A stretch of 56,321 bases of DNA from contig JAERTA010000068.1 of NCBI GenBank assembly GCA_016845205.1, positions 1 through 56,321 of the forward strand. The letters run 5' to 3'. The translations under genes and the position numbers were made by a program. The first letter of the stretch is position 1. The number at the start of each line of letters is the position of its first letter. The stretch is from Gammaproteobacteria bacterium. GTDB lineage: Bacteria; Pseudomonadota; Gammaproteobacteria; PS1; Pseudothioglobaceae. Below are positions 37,765 through 50,164 of this stretch, piece by piece. The notes below the pieces were generated by a model, which did no database searches, was not told where the DNA came from, and worked only from the letters and a program-made list of their open reading frames with translations.

Positions 37765-38037
37765 ATGCCAACAACGCGCTACACCATTTCAGGCATCACC
37801 GAAGACGGACAAAAATTCAGGCCCAGCGACTGGACTGAAAGACTGGTCTGTATCCAACCCGAGCAATTAAAACGCTATAACGGCCACCTGAAAATTAGAA
37901 AAATTGATGGCGTTAAATCTATTGTGTTTGACGATGATCTCAAATACGCTTGTGAGTTTACCCATGAACGCATTCTTTCTTTTGCCAAAACTAATCACTT
38001 AAACGTTACTCAAGAAATAATTGAAGACACTAAATAG
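37765..38037 (+). CDS. Small conserved-looking hypothetical protein (90 aa)
   Basis: Clean ORF with an AGGA-like SD upstream. No family confidently recognised. Confidence 0.5.
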   Translation: MPTTRYTISGITEDGQKFRPSDWTERLVCIQPEQLKRYNGHLKIRKIDGVKSIVFDDDLKYACEFTHERILSFAKTNHLNVTQEIIEDTK

Positions 38038-38043
38038 CTCGCA

Positions 38044-38802
38044 CTAATCAACATAGGGGCCGTGCTGATAGATCGGCTGATGATGTGGCAAACCGCAACA
38101 AAACATAAATTCACTGTCTGTCTTTGCTTGGATAGATAAATTCTGTTCTTCATCGACTTTAATCAGTAACGATTCAGTTGGTCTAAGTGCCTCGCCTGCC
38201 AAAACAATATCACCTGATAGCACATAAATAACCGCATTAAGTCCTTGGTTAATGTGGATTTGGTACTGTTTATTTTGTTCAATTTTTACATGCTGATAAG
38301 TCATATCTGTATGTAGCTTAATCGGCGACCCTTCACCAACAATCGTTTGATAACTGCCACCCTCAAAGTGAATTGTAGGTAAATTTTCACTTAAAATCTG
38401 TTGGTAACTTGGCCTGATTGTTTTTAAATGCTTAGGCAAATTAATCCACAATTGAATGCCGACACTTTGACCCTCTTCTGCCGGCATTTCTGAGTGAACT
38501 ATGCCCTTTCCTGCACAAAACACCTGGGCTCCGCCTTTATTAACAAAGGCATCATTGCCTAAATTATCTTTATGGTGCATACCGCCAGTTAACATATAGG
38601 TAATTGCTTCAAACCCACGATGCGGATGATCTGGAAAACCATGCCCAGCAGCAATATTAAAATGATCCCATAAGACAAACGGATCAAAATTCTTACGTTG
38701 TGATATTGGAAATAGTCGATTAACAACTACGCCATCACCCTCGATTGTCTCTTGCGGATAGGCCCTAGTAAACATATCAATACTTTCTTGCAAGTTGTTC
38801 AT
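38044..38802 (-). CDS. Pirin-family bicupin protein
   Basis: Pirin metal-binding motif GFPDHPHRGFEAITYML plus a second cupin half. Confidence 0.85.
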   Translation of the reverse strand: MNNLQESIDMFTRAYPQETIEGDGVVVNRLFPISQRKNFDPFVLWDHFNIAAGHGFPDHPHRGFEAITYMLTGGMHHKDNLGNDAFVNKGGAQVFCAGKGIVHSEMPAEEGQSVGIQLWINLPKHLKTIRPSYQQILSENLPTIHFEGGSYQTIVGEGSPIKLHTDMTYQHVKIEQNKQYQIHINQGLNAVIYVLSGDIVLAGEALRPTESLLIKVDEEQNLSIQAKTDSEFMFCCGLPHHQPIYQHGPYVD

Positions 38803-38823
38803 TATTCATACTACAATATTATC

Positions 38824-39933
38824 ATGATTATTGGCATACCAAAAGAAATTAAAATACACGAGTATCGCGTCGGTCTAACACCACAAGGCGCTAAGATACT
38901 AACTACATCTGGACATAAAGTCATTATTGAAACTCATGCAGGTGATGCGATTGGATTTACTGATCAAGATTATCAAAACTCAGGTGCTGAAATTATCCAG
39001 AATGGCAAAAATATCTTTGAACAGGCAGAACTGGTTATTAAGGTCAAAGAACCCCAAGAGATTGAATGCAAAATGTTGTCTAAAGATCAAGTCTTGTTTA
39101 CTTATCTTCACCTAGCTGCTGATCCTAAACAAACTGAACTGCTGCTGGCATCTGGCGCTACTTGTATCGCATATGAAACTATTACCAATAACAATGGACG
39201 TCTGCCCCTGCTCCAGCCCATGAGTGAAATCGCAGGCCGAATGTCGATTCAATCTGGTGCTCACCATCTAGAAAAAACCCAAGGTGGGTCTGGCGTGCTA
39301 CTCAGTGGTGCCACAGGGGTAGAGTTTGCACAGGTATTGATACTCGGTGGTGGCATTGTGGGCATGAATGCTGCCAAGGTGGCACTTGGTATGGGAGCAC
39401 AAGTCAATATTCTTAATCGATCTCTCTCTAAACGACTAACTGATTTTCAGCAAAAATACGGATCGCAACTGTCTGTTGATTTGTCTAACCAAACCAATAT
39501 CGAACAACAACTAAAAACAGCCGATTTAGTGATTGGCGCGGCATTGGTTGCCGGCGCCTCAGCACCAAAACTGATCACTCAGGACATGCTCAAGCTAATG
39601 AAAAAAGGCTCTGTACTAGTGGATGTTTCTATCGATCAAGGCGGTTGTTTCGAGACTTCCAAAGTCACCACACATGATCAGCCAACTTATGTGGTTGATG
39701 GCATTATTCATTATTGTGTGGGCAATATGCCGGGTGCAGTTGCACAAACGGCGACTTTGGCGCTAACGAATGCGACACTGCCTTATATTATTGAACTTGC
39801 TAATAAAGGCGCTCAACAGGCCATGCTTGATAATACAAACTTAAAAAATGGATTGAATATTTACCAAGGAAAGGTCACACACCAAGCAGTAGCTGAAAGC
39901 TTAAACCACCCCTTCAACTCAGTTAACTTCTAA
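38824..39933 (+). CDS. ald: Alanine dehydrogenase
   Basis: [21 protein letters not shown]-terminus and NAD-binding motif [11 protein letters not shown]. Start moved to the ATG at 38824, because the track start overlaps the pirin gene. Confidence 0.9.
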   Translation: MIIGIPKEIKIHEYRVGLTPQGAKILTTSGHKVIIETHAGDAIGFTDQDYQNSGAEIIQNGKNIFEQAELVIKVKEPQEIECKMLSKDQVLFTYLHLAADPKQTELLLASGATCIAYETITNNNGRLPLLQPMSEIAGRMSIQSGAHHLEKTQGGSGVLLSGATGVEFAQVLILGGGIVGMNAAKVALGMGAQVNILNRSLSKRLTDFQQKYGSQLSVDLSNQTNIEQQLKTADLVIGAALVAGASAPKLITQDMLKLMKKGSVLVDVSIDQGGCFETSKVTTHDQPTYVVDGIIHYCVGNMPGAVAQTATLALTNATLPYIIELANKGAQQAMLDNTNLKNGLNIYQGKVTHQAVAESLNHPFNSVNF

Positions 39934-40568
39934 ACACCGTACTGATCTCGATAAGCTTCAATACGCTCGATTAATACTTGATCATCGCCTTGTTTCAAAT
40001 AATCAATCAAATGACCGAGATTGATAATACTGAGCACAGTAATGCCAAAATTTTCTTCCACTTCTTGAATGGCTGATTTATCGCCCTTGCCTTTTTCTTG
40101 ACGATCAACGGCCACAATAACACCTTTGGCTTTAGCACCATTTGCATCAATAATATCCATGGCTTCACGAATGGCTGTACCAGCTGTGATGACATCATCA
40201 ATAATCAGTACATCGCCCTGTAATGCATGACCAACAATATCGCCACCTTCACCATGCGTTTTGGCTTCTTTGCGATTAAAACTATAAGGCACATTTTTAT
40301 TAAACGAATCATTCAGCGCCATTGCACATGCAGTAGCCAACGGAATACCTTTATAAGCAGGACCAAACAATACATCAAACCCTAATCCACTCTCGGTGAT
40401 GGTTTGGGCGTAGAATTTGCCTAATTTTGATAAATGTTCACCAGTGTTAAACGAGCCAGCATTAAAGAAATAAGGGCTAACGCGACCAGATTTAAGCGTA
40501 AATTCACCAAATTTAAGTGCGCCAATTTCCAACATAAAATCCACAAATTCTTTTTGATACTGTTGCAT
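39930..40568 (-). CDS. pyrE: Orotate phosphoribosyltransferase
   Basis: [36 protein letters not shown] and PRPP-binding motif [13 protein letters not shown]. Start moved to the ATG at 40568. Confidence 0.9.
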   Translation of the reverse strand: MQQYQKEFVDFMLEIGALKFGEFTLKSGRVSPYFFNAGSFNTGEHLSKLGKFYAQTITESGLGFDVLFGPAYKGIPLATACAMALNDSFNKNVPYSFNRKEAKTHGEGGDIVGHALQGDVLIIDDVITAGTAIREAMDIIDANGAKAKGVIVAVDRQEKGKGDKSAIQEVEENFGITVLSIINLGHLIDYLKQGDDQVLIERIEAYRDQYGV

Positions 40569-40590
40569 ACATTCCTCTAAAATATTTCCA

Positions 40591-41358
40591 ATGAAGAGAA
40601 TTATAACGGCTAACGTCAACGGAATTCGAGCAGCTGAGAGAAAAGGTTTTTTTACTTGGATGAAAAACCAAAATGCAGATGTAGTTTGTGTGCAAGAAAT
40701 CAAAGCGCAAGAAGACCAATTGGATGAAAAATTTTATCCAAAAGACATGCACACCTTTTATAAACCAGCAGAACGAAAAGGTTATAGCGGCACTGGTATC
40801 TATTGTAAACAAAAGCCAGATCAGGTGATTTTTAGCCCTTGGGAAGACTTTGATTTTGAGGGGCGTTTTATTCAGGCCGATTTTGGCAATCTTAGCGTTA
40901 TTTCCATTTACATCCCTTCTGGCTCCGCCAAAGAAGAGCGACAGAAGTACAAAATGGATTTTATGGTTGAACGTTTTATGCCTTACCTTAACGAATTACA
41001 AAAAGATGGGCGTGAATACATCATTTGTGGTGATATTAATATTGTGCATAAAAAAATTGATATCAAAAATTTCAACGGTAATAAAAATCGTTCAGGCTGT
41101 CTACCAGAAGAACGTGCTTGGCTAGATCAACTCTTTGGCGAAGCCGGATTTATTGATGCTTTTCGTGAAATAAACCAAGAGGCTGAGCAGTACACTTGGT
41201 GGTCTAATCGAGGGCAAGCTTGGGCCAACAACACTGGCTGGCGCATTGACTACCACATCCTTAGTGCCAACCTAAAAGGCACACCACGACGTGTTGAGAT
41301 TTATAAAGATGAACGATTTTCAGATCACTCGCCTTTGATTATTGACTACGATTTCTAA
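40591..41358 (+). CDS. xthA: Exodeoxyribonuclease III
   Basis: [15 protein letters not shown] and the C-terminal SDHSPL motif of the ExoIII/APE family. Confidence 0.9.
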   Translation: MKRIITANVNGIRAAERKGFFTWMKNQNADVVCVQEIKAQEDQLDEKFYPKDMHTFYKPAERKGYSGTGIYCKQKPDQVIFSPWEDFDFEGRFIQADFGNLSVISIYIPSGSAKEERQKYKMDFMVERFMPYLNELQKDGREYIICGDINIVHKKIDIKNFNGNKNRSGCLPEERAWLDQLFGEAGFIDAFREINQEAEQYTWWSNRGQAWANNTGWRIDYHILSANLKGTPRRVEIYKDERFSDHSPLIIDYDF

Positions 41359-42038
41359 TGGAAAAAACCATACGAAAAATTCAAAGTTTTGTTAGGCGCT
41401 CAGGTCGATTAACTGAAGGACAAAAATCTGGGTTAAACGAGTTGTGGTCAGATTTTGGTGTTGATTTGCCTGAAGGGAAAATTGATTTAACTTCACTATT
41501 CGCCAAACAACAGCCAGCTGTTTTAGAAATTGGCTTTGGCAATGGTGATAGTCTGCTTGAGATGGCAATCAATACACCTAATAAAAATTTTTTAGGCATC
41601 GAGGTTTATGAAGCTGGCGTTGGCAGGCTTATTAATGAAGCTAATAAACACCAACTCACCAACCTAAAAATCATTAAAGATGATGCGGTTGAAGTGCTAA
41701 AACATCATATTGAAGACGATAGTTTTGAGACATTTCAGCTGTTTTTTCCCGATCCATGGCATAAGAAAAAACACCATAAACGTCGCATTGTGCAGACAGA
41801 TTTTTTAAATTTGATTTCTAGCAAACTACAAAATAATGGCACAATACACATGGCAACAGATTGGGAAAATTATGCGCAACATATGATGGAAACACTAAAA
41901 AATCACCCGCACTTTAAAAACACCATGGGTGCCCATAACTATTCATTAAGACCTAAACATCGACCAATTACCAAGTTTGAACGTCGAGGCGAAAGACTTG
42001 GGCACGACGTTTGGGATTTAATTTTTATTAAGGAGTAA
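41358..42038 (+). CDS. trmB: tRNA (guanine46-N7)-methyltransferase
   Basis: LEIGFGNGDSL SAM motif and FPDPWHKKKHHKRR. Confidence 0.9.
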   Translation: MEKTIRKIQSFVRRSGRLTEGQKSGLNELWSDFGVDLPEGKIDLTSLFAKQQPAVLEIGFGNGDSLLEMAINTPNKNFLGIEVYEAGVGRLINEANKHQLTNLKIIKDDAVEVLKHHIEDDSFETFQLFFPDPWHKKKHHKRRIVQTDFLNLISSKLQNNGTIHMATDWENYAQHMMETLKNHPHFKNTMGAHNYSLRPKHRPITKFERRGERLGHDVWDLIFIKE

Positions 42039-42040
42039 TT

Positions 42041-42493
42041 ATGTTGTTTCCCTTATTTGTTGTTGTAACACTACTTGAAATCTACGTATTGGTATCCGTG
42101 GGTGAATCAATTGGCGGTTTTTCAACTGTTCTATTAGTTGTCATTACTGCACTGATTGGATCAACCTTGCTTAAGCAACAAGGTTGGTCAACCATGGCCA
42201 AAGCGCAAAACTCTATGGCTAACGGGCAAACGCCAGCCTTTGAGATGATGGAAGGTGTGGTGATTTTAATATCAGGTGTCCTGTTGCTGACCCCTGGATT
42301 TCTAACTGACATTCTTGGTCTATTAGGCCTTATGCCCTGGTCAAGAACTTATTTTATTGACAGAATTTTGACAAAAAATGCCGAAAAGGTATTTGCCCAA
42401 AGAAACACGGTTTTTATTCACAAATCCCGTTCCAGCGAAGATAAAAAACCTAAAAAAAATGACACCATTGAAGGTGAATTTTGGGAAGATTAA
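42041..42493 (+). CDS. fxsA: FxsA-family membrane protein
   Basis: N-terminal LLEIYVLVSVGESIG and LLLTPGFLTD motifs. Confidence 0.8.
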   Translation: MLFPLFVVVTLLEIYVLVSVGESIGGFSTVLLVVITALIGSTLLKQQGWSTMAKAQNSMANGQTPAFEMMEGVVILISGVLLLTPGFLTDILGLLGLMPWSRTYFIDRILTKNAEKVFAQRNTVFIHKSRSSEDKKPKKNDTIEGEFWED

Positions 42494-43677
42494 AAACCCT
42501 AAACGAATGGCTTAACTGGCAAGAGAGTTTGCACACCCAAGAGATTGATCTTGGGCTGGAGCGCATAGGGCGCGTTTATAAAAAACTATTTCCCAATGGC
42601 GTTCCTTTTCAAGTCATTACTGTTGCGGGCACAAATGGCAAAGGTTCTACCATTGCTTTTATTGATAGTATTTATCAACGATCAAACTTTAAAGTAGGCG
42701 CCTTTACTTCACCACACCTTGTTCAATACAATGAACGATTTACCATCAATGGAAAAATGGTGAACGATCAATCTGTTTGCCAAGCATTTGAGAAAATTGA
42801 AGCCTATCGATCCGATACTTCACTCACCTATTTTGAATTCTCCACCTTGGCGGCACTACTTATCTTTGCTAATGAGAAAGTCGATGTTGCTGTTTTGGAG
42901 ATTGGCTTAGGCGGTCGACTCGACTCAGTGAATATAGTGGATCCTAATGTCAGTGTCATTACCAATATTGCCATTGATCATACTGATTATTTAGGCGACA
43001 CCCGTGAAGCTATCGGCTTTGAAAAAGCCGGTATTATGAGAGAGAACACGCCTTGTGTTTGTGGCGATCAAAACCCGCCCGCCTCTATTCAAAAACAAGC
43101 CGATAATATTAACGCTAGACTCACTTTTATTAATAAACCTTATCAAGGTTCCATCGTTCTTAAAGGTAAACACCAACAACATAACGCAGCACTTGCAGTC
43201 GCAGCAGTTAATCAACTGCAATCAGTGCTTCCCATTAATAGGGCTCAATTATCTCAAGGCCTAAAAAAAGCGGATATCTCTGGGCGTTTTCAAACCATAA
43301 CCATTAACAACAAAACCATCGTTTTAGATGTGGCACATAACGAGGCAGCAATCAAAGTTTTAGCTAGCACTTTAAAAACAGATAAAACACCAACATTAGC
43401 AATTTTCTCGGCGCTTAAGGACAAGAACATTGAGCTTATGATTAATGCAATTGAGCCTTGTATTGATGAATGGTTGGTTGTGCCACTTTCGGTTAATCGA
43501 GCAATTAACACACAAGATCTAGTTAAAAAATTCAGCTTATCAAGCAAAATTACCGCTTGTAAGAATATGACATCTGCCATCCATCGGGCACTCAACACGC
43601 AACAATACCAACGTATTGTTATTTTTGGCTCATTTCATACCGTTGCTGATGCCATGAGAATCCTGGATAAATATTAA
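42481..43677 (+). CDS. folC: Dihydrofolate synthase / folylpolyglutamate synthase
   Basis: VAGTNGKGST P-loop and Mur-ligase-like organisation. TTG start overlaps the fxsA end. folC-cvpA-purF synteny supports the call. Confidence 0.85.
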   Translation: MGRLKTLNEWLNWQESLHTQEIDLGLERIGRVYKKLFPNGVPFQVITVAGTNGKGSTIAFIDSIYQRSNFKVGAFTSPHLVQYNERFTINGKMVNDQSVCQAFEKIEAYRSDTSLTYFEFSTLAALLIFANEKVDVAVLEIGLGGRLDSVNIVDPNVSVITNIAIDHTDYLGDTREAIGFEKAGIMRENTPCVCGDQNPPASIQKQADNINARLTFINKPYQGSIVLKGKHQQHNAALAVAAVNQLQSVLPINRAQLSQGLKKADISGRFQTITINNKTIVLDVAHNEAAIKVLASTLKTDKTPTLAIFSALKDKNIELMINAIEPCIDEWLVVPLSVNRAINTQDLVKKFSLSSKITACKNMTSAIHRALNTQQYQRIVIFGSFHTVADAMRILDKY

Positions 43678-43740
43678 ACCTTCATGGCCTACGCACAGCG
43701 ATATAATCTTGTAAAATTAGCGATTAACTAGGGAGCACTA

Positions 43741-44589
43741 ATGAGTGATTTTTTTGCAAATATTTGGGAAGCAATTGGCCTGCTGGTATGGTCTGACTGG
43801 CTAACCATCGCTATCTTAATTGGTTTTCTTGTGCTTGGCATTAAGCGTGGACTTGCTAAAGAGTTAATCAACCTAGCATTTTTAATACTGGCTATTATTA
43901 TCGCTTGGCTATTTTATCAATGGCTTGCTGGCACAGTGATGATTACCTGGCTAACACTCTCCCATCAGTCACATTTGGCGATTGCTTTTGGCGCTATCTT
44001 TATTGGTGTTTTATTAATAAAAAAAGCCCTATACAAACTCACAGAGGTTTCATCAAGTATTAGCAATCCTTGTGCGCTCAACCGTATCTTTGCCTTACTT
44101 GTATTTTTTATAGCCACGGCAGTTGCAAGTTGGCACTATTTAGATGGTGTTGCTGGATTGGGTATCATGGAGATTGTAGTTACCAACGAGTCACTTCGAA
44201 TTGGATTATCATTTGCTATTGTCTTCGCCATTATTGTTGGCGTGTGTTCTGCCATCTCAAATGCACTGAATATTTCAATTGGTTCAAGCAAGCCCTGTTT
44301 GTTTGAGTCATTCTTTCAAAAGATCTTAAGCGGCCTTCACGGTGCAGACTCAGCTCTCAATGCGCGCAATGTTAACAGTACAAAAAACAAGCTACTAGGT
44401 GGCCTAATCGGCCTTATCAAGGGCTCTTTAGCAATTCTCATTATGGTGTTAGTTCTACAAAGTGTCGAGTGGATTTCTCAACAATATTATTGGGTTGAGA
44501 CCAAAGGTGCACTTAGAACCTTCCAAGATATAGCCTCAGATGTTAAACCTGAGTTGTCACAACATTTATTGTTTATCGAAAACGAATAA
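43741..44589 (+). CDS. cvpA: CvpA-family membrane protein (longer than E. coli CvpA)
   Basis: Polytopic membrane protein with a CvpA-like N-terminus (GIKRGLAKELINL), located immediately upstream of purF as in enterics. Confidence 0.6.
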   Translation: MSDFFANIWEAIGLLVWSDWLTIAILIGFLVLGIKRGLAKELINLAFLILAIIIAWLFYQWLAGTVMITWLTLSHQSHLAIAFGAIFIGVLLIKKALYKLTEVSSSISNPCALNRIFALLVFFIATAVASWHYLDGVAGLGIMEIVVTNESLRIGLSFAIVFAIIVGVCSAISNALNISIGSSKPCLFESFFQKILSGLHGADSALNARNVNSTKNKLLGGLIGLIKGSLAILIMVLVLQSVEWISQQYYWVETKGALRTFQDIASDVKPELSQHLLFIENE

Positions 44590-44600
44590 GGACCTAATTT

Positions 44601-46118
44601 ATGTGCGGGATCGTTGGTATTTTATCTACAACCAAAAAAGACACAGCTGTTTATATCTATGACGCATTAACAATTTTGCAGCATCGTGGCCAAGATGCAG
44701 CAGGTATTGTTACTGCACACAAAGGCCGTTTTTATATGCGCAAATCAAACGGCTTGGTTAAGAACGCTTTCAGAACCAAACACATGACCAAACTCTTGGG
44801 CGATATGGGTATTGGTCATGTGCGCTACCCTACCGCTGGCACCTCTTCAGGGGCAGAGGCACAGCCCTTTTATGTTAATTCACCTTATGGTATTGCTTTT
44901 GCTCATAATGGCAACTTAACCAATACCAAACAACTTGAAAAAGAACTGTTCGAACAAGACCTTCGTCACATCAACACAAATTCAGATTCCGAAATTTTGC
45001 TTAATGTGTTTGCCAGTGAATTGGCTAAATTACAAAAACACCGTATTAATGAAAAAGACATCTTTGATTCAGTCACTCAAGTACACAAGCGTGTGCGTGG
45101 TGCTTATGCTGCGATTGGCATGATTCCAGGTTATGGTATTTTTGGTTTTCGTGATCCAAATGGTATTCGCCCACTGATTTTAGGTAAGCGCACCACCAAA
45201 GGTGGCACTAAATATATGCTGGCTTCTGAGAGTGTTGCATTAACTGCGTTGGGTTATGAAATTACGCGCGATATCAAACCTGGAGAAGGTGTGGTAATTG
45301 ACCGAGAAGGCAATGTCTTTACGCAACAATGTGCGGATAATGCCAAATACTCGCCTTGTATTTTCGAATTTGTTTATTTTGCTCGACCAGATTCAGTGAT
45401 TGACAATATCTCAGTTTACAAATCACGCCTTAGAATGGGTGAGCGCCTAGCAGCCAAAATCCACAAAGAATGGAATGATGAAAAAATTGATGTTGTCATT
45501 CCAATTCCTGATACGTCACGCGTCTCAGCATTACAGTTAGCACATAAGCTAGAAGTTAAATATTCAGAAGGCCTAATTAAGAACCGCTATATTGCACGTA
45601 CATTTATCATGCCTGGACAAAAACAACGCAAAAAATCTGTACGTCAAAAACTCAGTGCCATTGAGCTAGAATTCAAAGGCAAAAATGTTTTATTGGTAGA
45701 CGATTCCATTGTGCGTGGCACTACAAGTGAACAAATTGTACAAATGGCACGTGATGCTGGCGCCAACAAAGTATTTTTTGCCTCAGCTGCACCACCGGTA
45801 CGACATCCAAATGTGTATGGTATTGACATGGCTAGTGAAAAAGAATTTATTGCGCACGATAAAGATGTTGATCAAATTTGCCAATCCATTGGTGCTGATA
45901 AATTGGTGTATCAAGATTTGGACGACCTTATTTGGTGCGTACAACAAGGCAACCCAGACATTACTGAGTTTGACTGTTCTTGTTTTAATGGCGAATATGT
46001 CACCCAAGATATTGATAAAAACTACCTTGATCAAATCGAATCTCTACGCTCTGACTCTGCTAAGCAAAAAAATAACACCCTTGATACTTCTGAATTGATT
46101 TGTAATGATGTAGAATAA
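44601..46118 (+). CDS. purF: Amidophosphoribosyltransferase
   Basis: MCGIVGI Ntn-Cys start and PRPP motif [13 protein letters not shown]. Confidence 0.95.
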   Translation: MCGIVGILSTTKKDTAVYIYDALTILQHRGQDAAGIVTAHKGRFYMRKSNGLVKNAFRTKHMTKLLGDMGIGHVRYPTAGTSSGAEAQPFYVNSPYGIAFAHNGNLTNTKQLEKELFEQDLRHINTNSDSEILLNVFASELAKLQKHRINEKDIFDSVTQVHKRVRGAYAAIGMIPGYGIFGFRDPNGIRPLILGKRTTKGGTKYMLASESVALTALGYEITRDIKPGEGVVIDREGNVFTQQCADNAKYSPCIFEFVYFARPDSVIDNISVYKSRLRMGERLAAKIHKEWNDEKIDVVIPIPDTSRVSALQLAHKLEVKYSEGLIKNRYIARTFIMPGQKQRKKSVRQKLSAIELEFKGKNVLLVDDSIVRGTTSEQIVQMARDAGANKVFFASAAPPVRHPNVYGIDMASEKEFIAHDKDVDQICQSIGADKLVYQDLDDLIWCVQQGNPDITEFDCSCFNGEYVTQDIDKNYLDQIESLRSDSAKQKNNTLDTSELICNDVE

Positions 46119-46145
46119 GCGTTATTTGACGATTATTACCCGGAT

Positions 46146-47309
46146 ATGAAAGACTTACAATTCGATACCAAAGCCATACGCGAAGGCTATCGAACCACAC
46201 AAGAACAAGAGCATTCAGAGGCTATTTTTCTTACCTCAAGTTTTGTTTATGATTCTGCCGAACAAGCGGCCAATCGGTTTTCTAAAGAAGAGCCGGGTAA
46301 TATCTATGCGCGCTTTACCAACCCAACGGTTGATGCTTTTGAGAATAAACTAGCTGCCCTTGAGGGTGCTAATGCCTGTGTTGCGACATCAAGCGGCATG
46401 GCAGCAATCTTTGCTAGTATTATGGCTTTGGTTGAGTCAGGTGATCATATCGTTGCTTCGCGTAATATGTTTGGCACTTCTATTGTCTTGTTAAACACCA
46501 TTGTTAGCAAATTTAATATTGATATCAGTTACGTTGATTTAGGTGATTTGTCTCAATGGAAAAACGCCATTCAAGACAATACAAAATTATTTTTATTAGA
46601 AACGCCATCTAACCCGCTAGGCGAGGTGGGTGACATTGCTGCGCTTAGCAAAATCAGCCAAGCCAATGATATTTTGCTAGCAGTTGATAATGCTATTTTG
46701 TCTCCAGCATTACAAAACCCAATTAAATTGGGTGCAGATATTGTGATTCATTCAGCCACTAAGTACATTGATGGCCAAGGCCGTTGTTTAGCAGGCGCAG
46801 TGTTAGGCAGTGAAACCATTATCGAACAAGTCAGTGCCTTTACTCGCGCAACAGGGCCTAGCTTGAGCGCCTTTAACGCTTGGATTGTACTTAAAGGTTT
46901 AGATACACTCAGCCTAAGAATGAAAGCACATTGCGACAATGCGCTCAAATTGGCGACTTGGCTACAAAACAAAGACCAAGTTGAAAAAGTATATTATTTA
47001 GGTTTAGAGTCTCATCCAGATCACGCCTTAGCTAACACTCAGCAATCTGGTTTTGGTGGTATCGTCTCGTTTGAAGTTAAAGGTGGCCGTGAGGCGGCAT
47101 TTAAAGTCATTAACGCAACTGAAATACTCTCCATTACCGCAAATTTAGGTGACACTAAAACCACGATTACTCATCCAGCAAGCACCACACATGGGCGACT
47201 AACGGATGATGAAAAACAACAAGCTCATATCACCGAGGGCCTCATTAGAATCTCAGTTGGCTTAGAAAACGTAGACGATGTGATAAATGACATTAGCAAA
47301 GGGCTTTGA
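46146..47309 (+). CDS. metZ: O-succinylhomoserine sulfhydrylase (Cys/Met-metabolism PLP enzyme)
   Basis: HSATKYIDGQGR PLP-Lys motif; MetZ-like N- and C-termini. Confidence 0.8.
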   Translation: MKDLQFDTKAIREGYRTTQEQEHSEAIFLTSSFVYDSAEQAANRFSKEEPGNIYARFTNPTVDAFENKLAALEGANACVATSSGMAAIFASIMALVESGDHIVASRNMFGTSIVLLNTIVSKFNIDISYVDLGDLSQWKNAIQDNTKLFLLETPSNPLGEVGDIAALSKISQANDILLAVDNAILSPALQNPIKLGADIVIHSATKYIDGQGRCLAGAVLGSETIIEQVSAFTRATGPSLSAFNAWIVLKGLDTLSLRMKAHCDNALKLATWLQNKDQVEKVYYLGLESHPDHALANTQQSGFGGIVSFEVKGGREAAFKVINATEILSITANLGDTKTTITHPASTTHGRLTDDEKQQAHITEGLIRISVGLENVDDVINDISKGL

Positions 47310-47348
47310 AGTATAATTTTCGGTAACTATAGATACAAGGACTGATTA

Positions 47349-47858
47349 ATGCAAAACTCTTATTCATACGAAGAATTAATCAAATGCGGTAACGGCGATT
47401 TATTTGGCCCTGGTAACGCGCAACTACCACAACCGCCGATGTTAATGTTAGATCGAATTACGCATATTTCTCAAGAAGGTGGCGAATACGGCAAAGGTGA
47501 AATTATTGCAGAATTAGACATTAAGCCTGATTTGTGGTTTTTTGATTGTCACTTCAATGAAGATCCTGTAATGCCAGGTTGCCTAGGTGTTGATGCTATG
47601 TGGCAACTGATTGGATTTTACTTAGGCTGGCTAGGCGGCCCTGGTCGAGGTCGCGCACTAGGCGCTGGCAATATTAAATTTACTGGTCAAGTTTTGCCAA
47701 CAGCTAAAAAAGTCACTTACAGAATCAGCTTATCACGCGTTATTGCACGAAAACTCTATATGGGTATTGGCGATGCTGTTATGGAAGTTGATGGCAAAGT
47801 CATTTATGAAGCCACCAATTTAAAAGTAGGCTTGTTTACAGACACGAGTAATTTCTAA
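47349..47858 (+). CDS. fabA: 3-hydroxydecanoyl-ACP dehydratase/isomerase
   Basis: [24 protein letters not shown] active-site region. Confidence 0.95.
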   Translation: MQNSYSYEELIKCGNGDLFGPGNAQLPQPPMLMLDRITHISQEGGEYGKGEIIAELDIKPDLWFFDCHFNEDPVMPGCLGVDAMWQLIGFYLGWLGGPGRGRALGAGNIKFTGQVLPTAKKVTYRISLSRVIARKLYMGIGDAVMEVDGKVIYEATNLKVGLFTDTSNF

Positions 47859-49075
47859 TGCAAAGAGTTGTTGTTACTGGCATGGGTATTGTTTCTAGCT
47901 TAGGTGCTAATTGCAATGAGGTATTAGAATCTTTAAAAACTGCCAAATCAGGCATTAAGTTTGATGAATCCTATGAAGAAATGGGGCTTAGATCTCATGT
48001 TTCTGGTCAATTACCTGAAATTGACTCAAGCGAAATTATTGACCGTAAAATGAAACGTTTTATGGCTGATGCAGCTATCTATAACGCGCTTGCCCTTGAC
48101 GAAGCCATTAAGCAATCTGGCTTAACCGAAGATCAAATCTCTAATCCTCGCACGGGTCTTATTATGGGTTCTGGCGGTGCATCTAACCAAAACGTGGTCG
48201 AGGCGGCAGATATTCTAAGAGAGAAAGGCATTAAACGTGTTGGTCCTTATCGTGTGCCGCGCGCCATGGGCTCAACCACATCAGCTTGCCTCTCTACCAT
48301 GTTTAAAATTAAAGGCATTAACTACTCAATTAGTTCTGCTTGTTCAACCTCAGCGCACTGTATCGGTAATGCTATGGAACAAATCCAACTAGGCAAACAA
48401 GATGTGGTTTTTGCTGGCGGTGGCGAAGAGCTCGATTGGTCATTAACCATGTTGTTTGATGCCATGGGCGCCTTGTCCTCAAAATACAACGAAACACCAG
48501 AAAAAGCTTCTCGTGCTTATGATGCAGATCGTGATGGTTTTGTGATCTCTGGCGGTGGCGGCGCTTTAGTGTTGGAATCTTTAGAACATGCACAGGCACG
48601 TGGTGCAACAATTTTAGCTGAGCTTACTGGTTATGGCGCGACTTCTGATGGTTACGATATGGTAGCCCCAAGCGGTGAAGGTGCAAAACGTTGCATGGAA
48701 TTAGCTATCTCAACCGTTGATGGTCCGATTGATTACATTAATGCGCATGGCACTTCAACACCGGTTGGTGATGTAAAAGAACTTGATGCTATTAAAGAAG
48801 TATTTGGCAGCAATATTCCTAATGTTGGGTCAACCAAATCACTCTCAGGCCACGCATTAGGTGCGGCCGGTGTTAATGAGTCTATTTACTCATTACTCAT
48901 GCTCCAAAATGATTTTATGGCAGAGTCTGTTAATATTGAAAGCCTTGATGAAGCGGCAGAAGGAATGCCAATTGTACAAGCAACAACGATTCAGTCACTT
49001 AACCGTGTAATGTCAAACAGCTTTGGCTTTGGCGGTACCAACGCTTGTCTGGTCTTCGAAAAGTTCAAAGCCTAG
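47858..49075 (+). CDS. fabB: Beta-ketoacyl-ACP synthase I
   Basis: Active-site Cys region [21 protein letters not shown] and [11 protein letters not shown]. Coupled to fabA (ATG overlaps the TAA). Confidence 0.95.
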   Translation: MQRVVVTGMGIVSSLGANCNEVLESLKTAKSGIKFDESYEEMGLRSHVSGQLPEIDSSEIIDRKMKRFMADAAIYNALALDEAIKQSGLTEDQISNPRTGLIMGSGGASNQNVVEAADILREKGIKRVGPYRVPRAMGSTTSACLSTMFKIKGINYSISSACSTSAHCIGNAMEQIQLGKQDVVFAGGGEELDWSLTMLFDAMGALSSKYNETPEKASRAYDADRDGFVISGGGGALVLESLEHAQARGATILAELTGYGATSDGYDMVAPSGEGAKRCMELAISTVDGPIDYINAHGTSTPVGDVKELDAIKEVFGSNIPNVGSTKSLSGHALGAAGVNESIYSLLMLQNDFMAESVNIESLDEAAEGMPIVQATTIQSLNRVMSNSFGFGGTNACLVFEKFKA

Positions 49076-49243
49076 TTTCGTCCATTTTTTAGATTTTAAA
49101 AAATCAACTTACAACTAACAACACCTTAACGAGTATTTTGTTCTTATGTAAGGCGGATTTTAAAAAATACGAGAGAGCATATATTTTAATATGTGACCGA
49201 GAATTTTTTGCAATCTAACACAACAAAAGGGCAAAAGACGAAG

Positions 49244-50164
49244 TTAAGGTCTAGCGTCAATCTCTTTCTCTTCCTTCTCCGATGGTAGCATATCTTCCTT
49301 GCTAATGCCTAGCGCCAGGATCATAGAGCTAGCCACATAGATGGAAGAATAAGTACCAATCACCACACCAATCAGCAAGGCCAATGCAAAACCGTGAATA
49401 ATCTCACCGCCTAGGAAGAACAAAGCAAACAACACCAATAGTGTTGTAACTGAGGTCATAATCGTTCTAGAAAGGGTTTGATTTAGTGCGCCATTAACAA
49501 TCTTAGCCGGGTCTACATGACGAGTTGATAAAAAGTTTTCACGAATACGATCAAATACGACAATCGTATCATTGAGTGAGTAGCCAATCACTGCCAAAAT
49601 TGCTGCTAATACGGTTAAATCAAACTCTATTTGTAATAATGAAAATACACCTAAAGTAATAATCACATCGTGAATTAACGCCGATATCGACCCCAACGCA
49701 AAGCGATACTCAAAACGGAAGGCCACATAAATCAAGATACCGATGAGTGCGTATAACATAGCTAAACCACCATCATTGGTCAGCTCTTCGCCCACTTTAG
49801 GCCCAACAAATTCAACACGACGAATATCAACATCATCGCCCAATAAGTGAATAATTTTTGAACTAAGCTTGGCGCTAGAAATCGCTTGCGGCTCAAGGCG
49901 AATTAAGATTTCATGAGTAGAGCCAAAGTATTGAACATTTGCTCCTTTAAATTTGGCTTCATTCAATGTGTTTCTCACTGATGATAAATCAACACTCTGC
50001 TCATAACCCACTTCAATCAAAGTACCGCCGGTAAAATCAATACCAAACTTTAAACCTTGTGTTGATAATGAAAATATTGAGGTTGTAATCAGTATTAATG
50101 AGGCAATAATTGCATACGTGCGCTTGCCAACAAAATCGATTGTAGGAATGTTTAACGCCTTCAT
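49244..50164 (-). CDS. secF: Protein translocase subunit SecF
   Basis: 306 aa. FGIDFTGGT and RTIMTS motifs. Overlaps the secD stop. Confidence 0.9.
   Translation of the reverse strand: MKALNIPTIDFVGKRTYAIIASLILITTSIFSLSTQGLKFGIDFTGGTLIEVGYEQSVDLSSVRNTLNEAKFKGANVQYFGSTHEILIRLEPQAISSAKLSSKIIHLLGDDVDIRRVEFVGPKVGEELTNDGGLAMLYALIGILIYVAFRFEYRFALGSISALIHDVIITLGVFSLLQIEFDLTVLAAILAVIGYSLNDTIVVFDRIRENFLSTRHVDPAKIVNGALNQTLSRTIMTSVTTLLVLFALFFLGGEIIHGFALALLIGVVIGTYSSIYVASSMILALGISKEDMLPSEKEEKEIDARP

Noticed and set aside
37655-38802. tRNA-Ser as a possible genomic-island integration site
   Set aside because: No integrase, no direct repeat of the tRNA 3' end and no foreign-looking genes were seen downstream. 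The neighbours (small conserved ORF, pirin, ald, pyrE) look like core genes.
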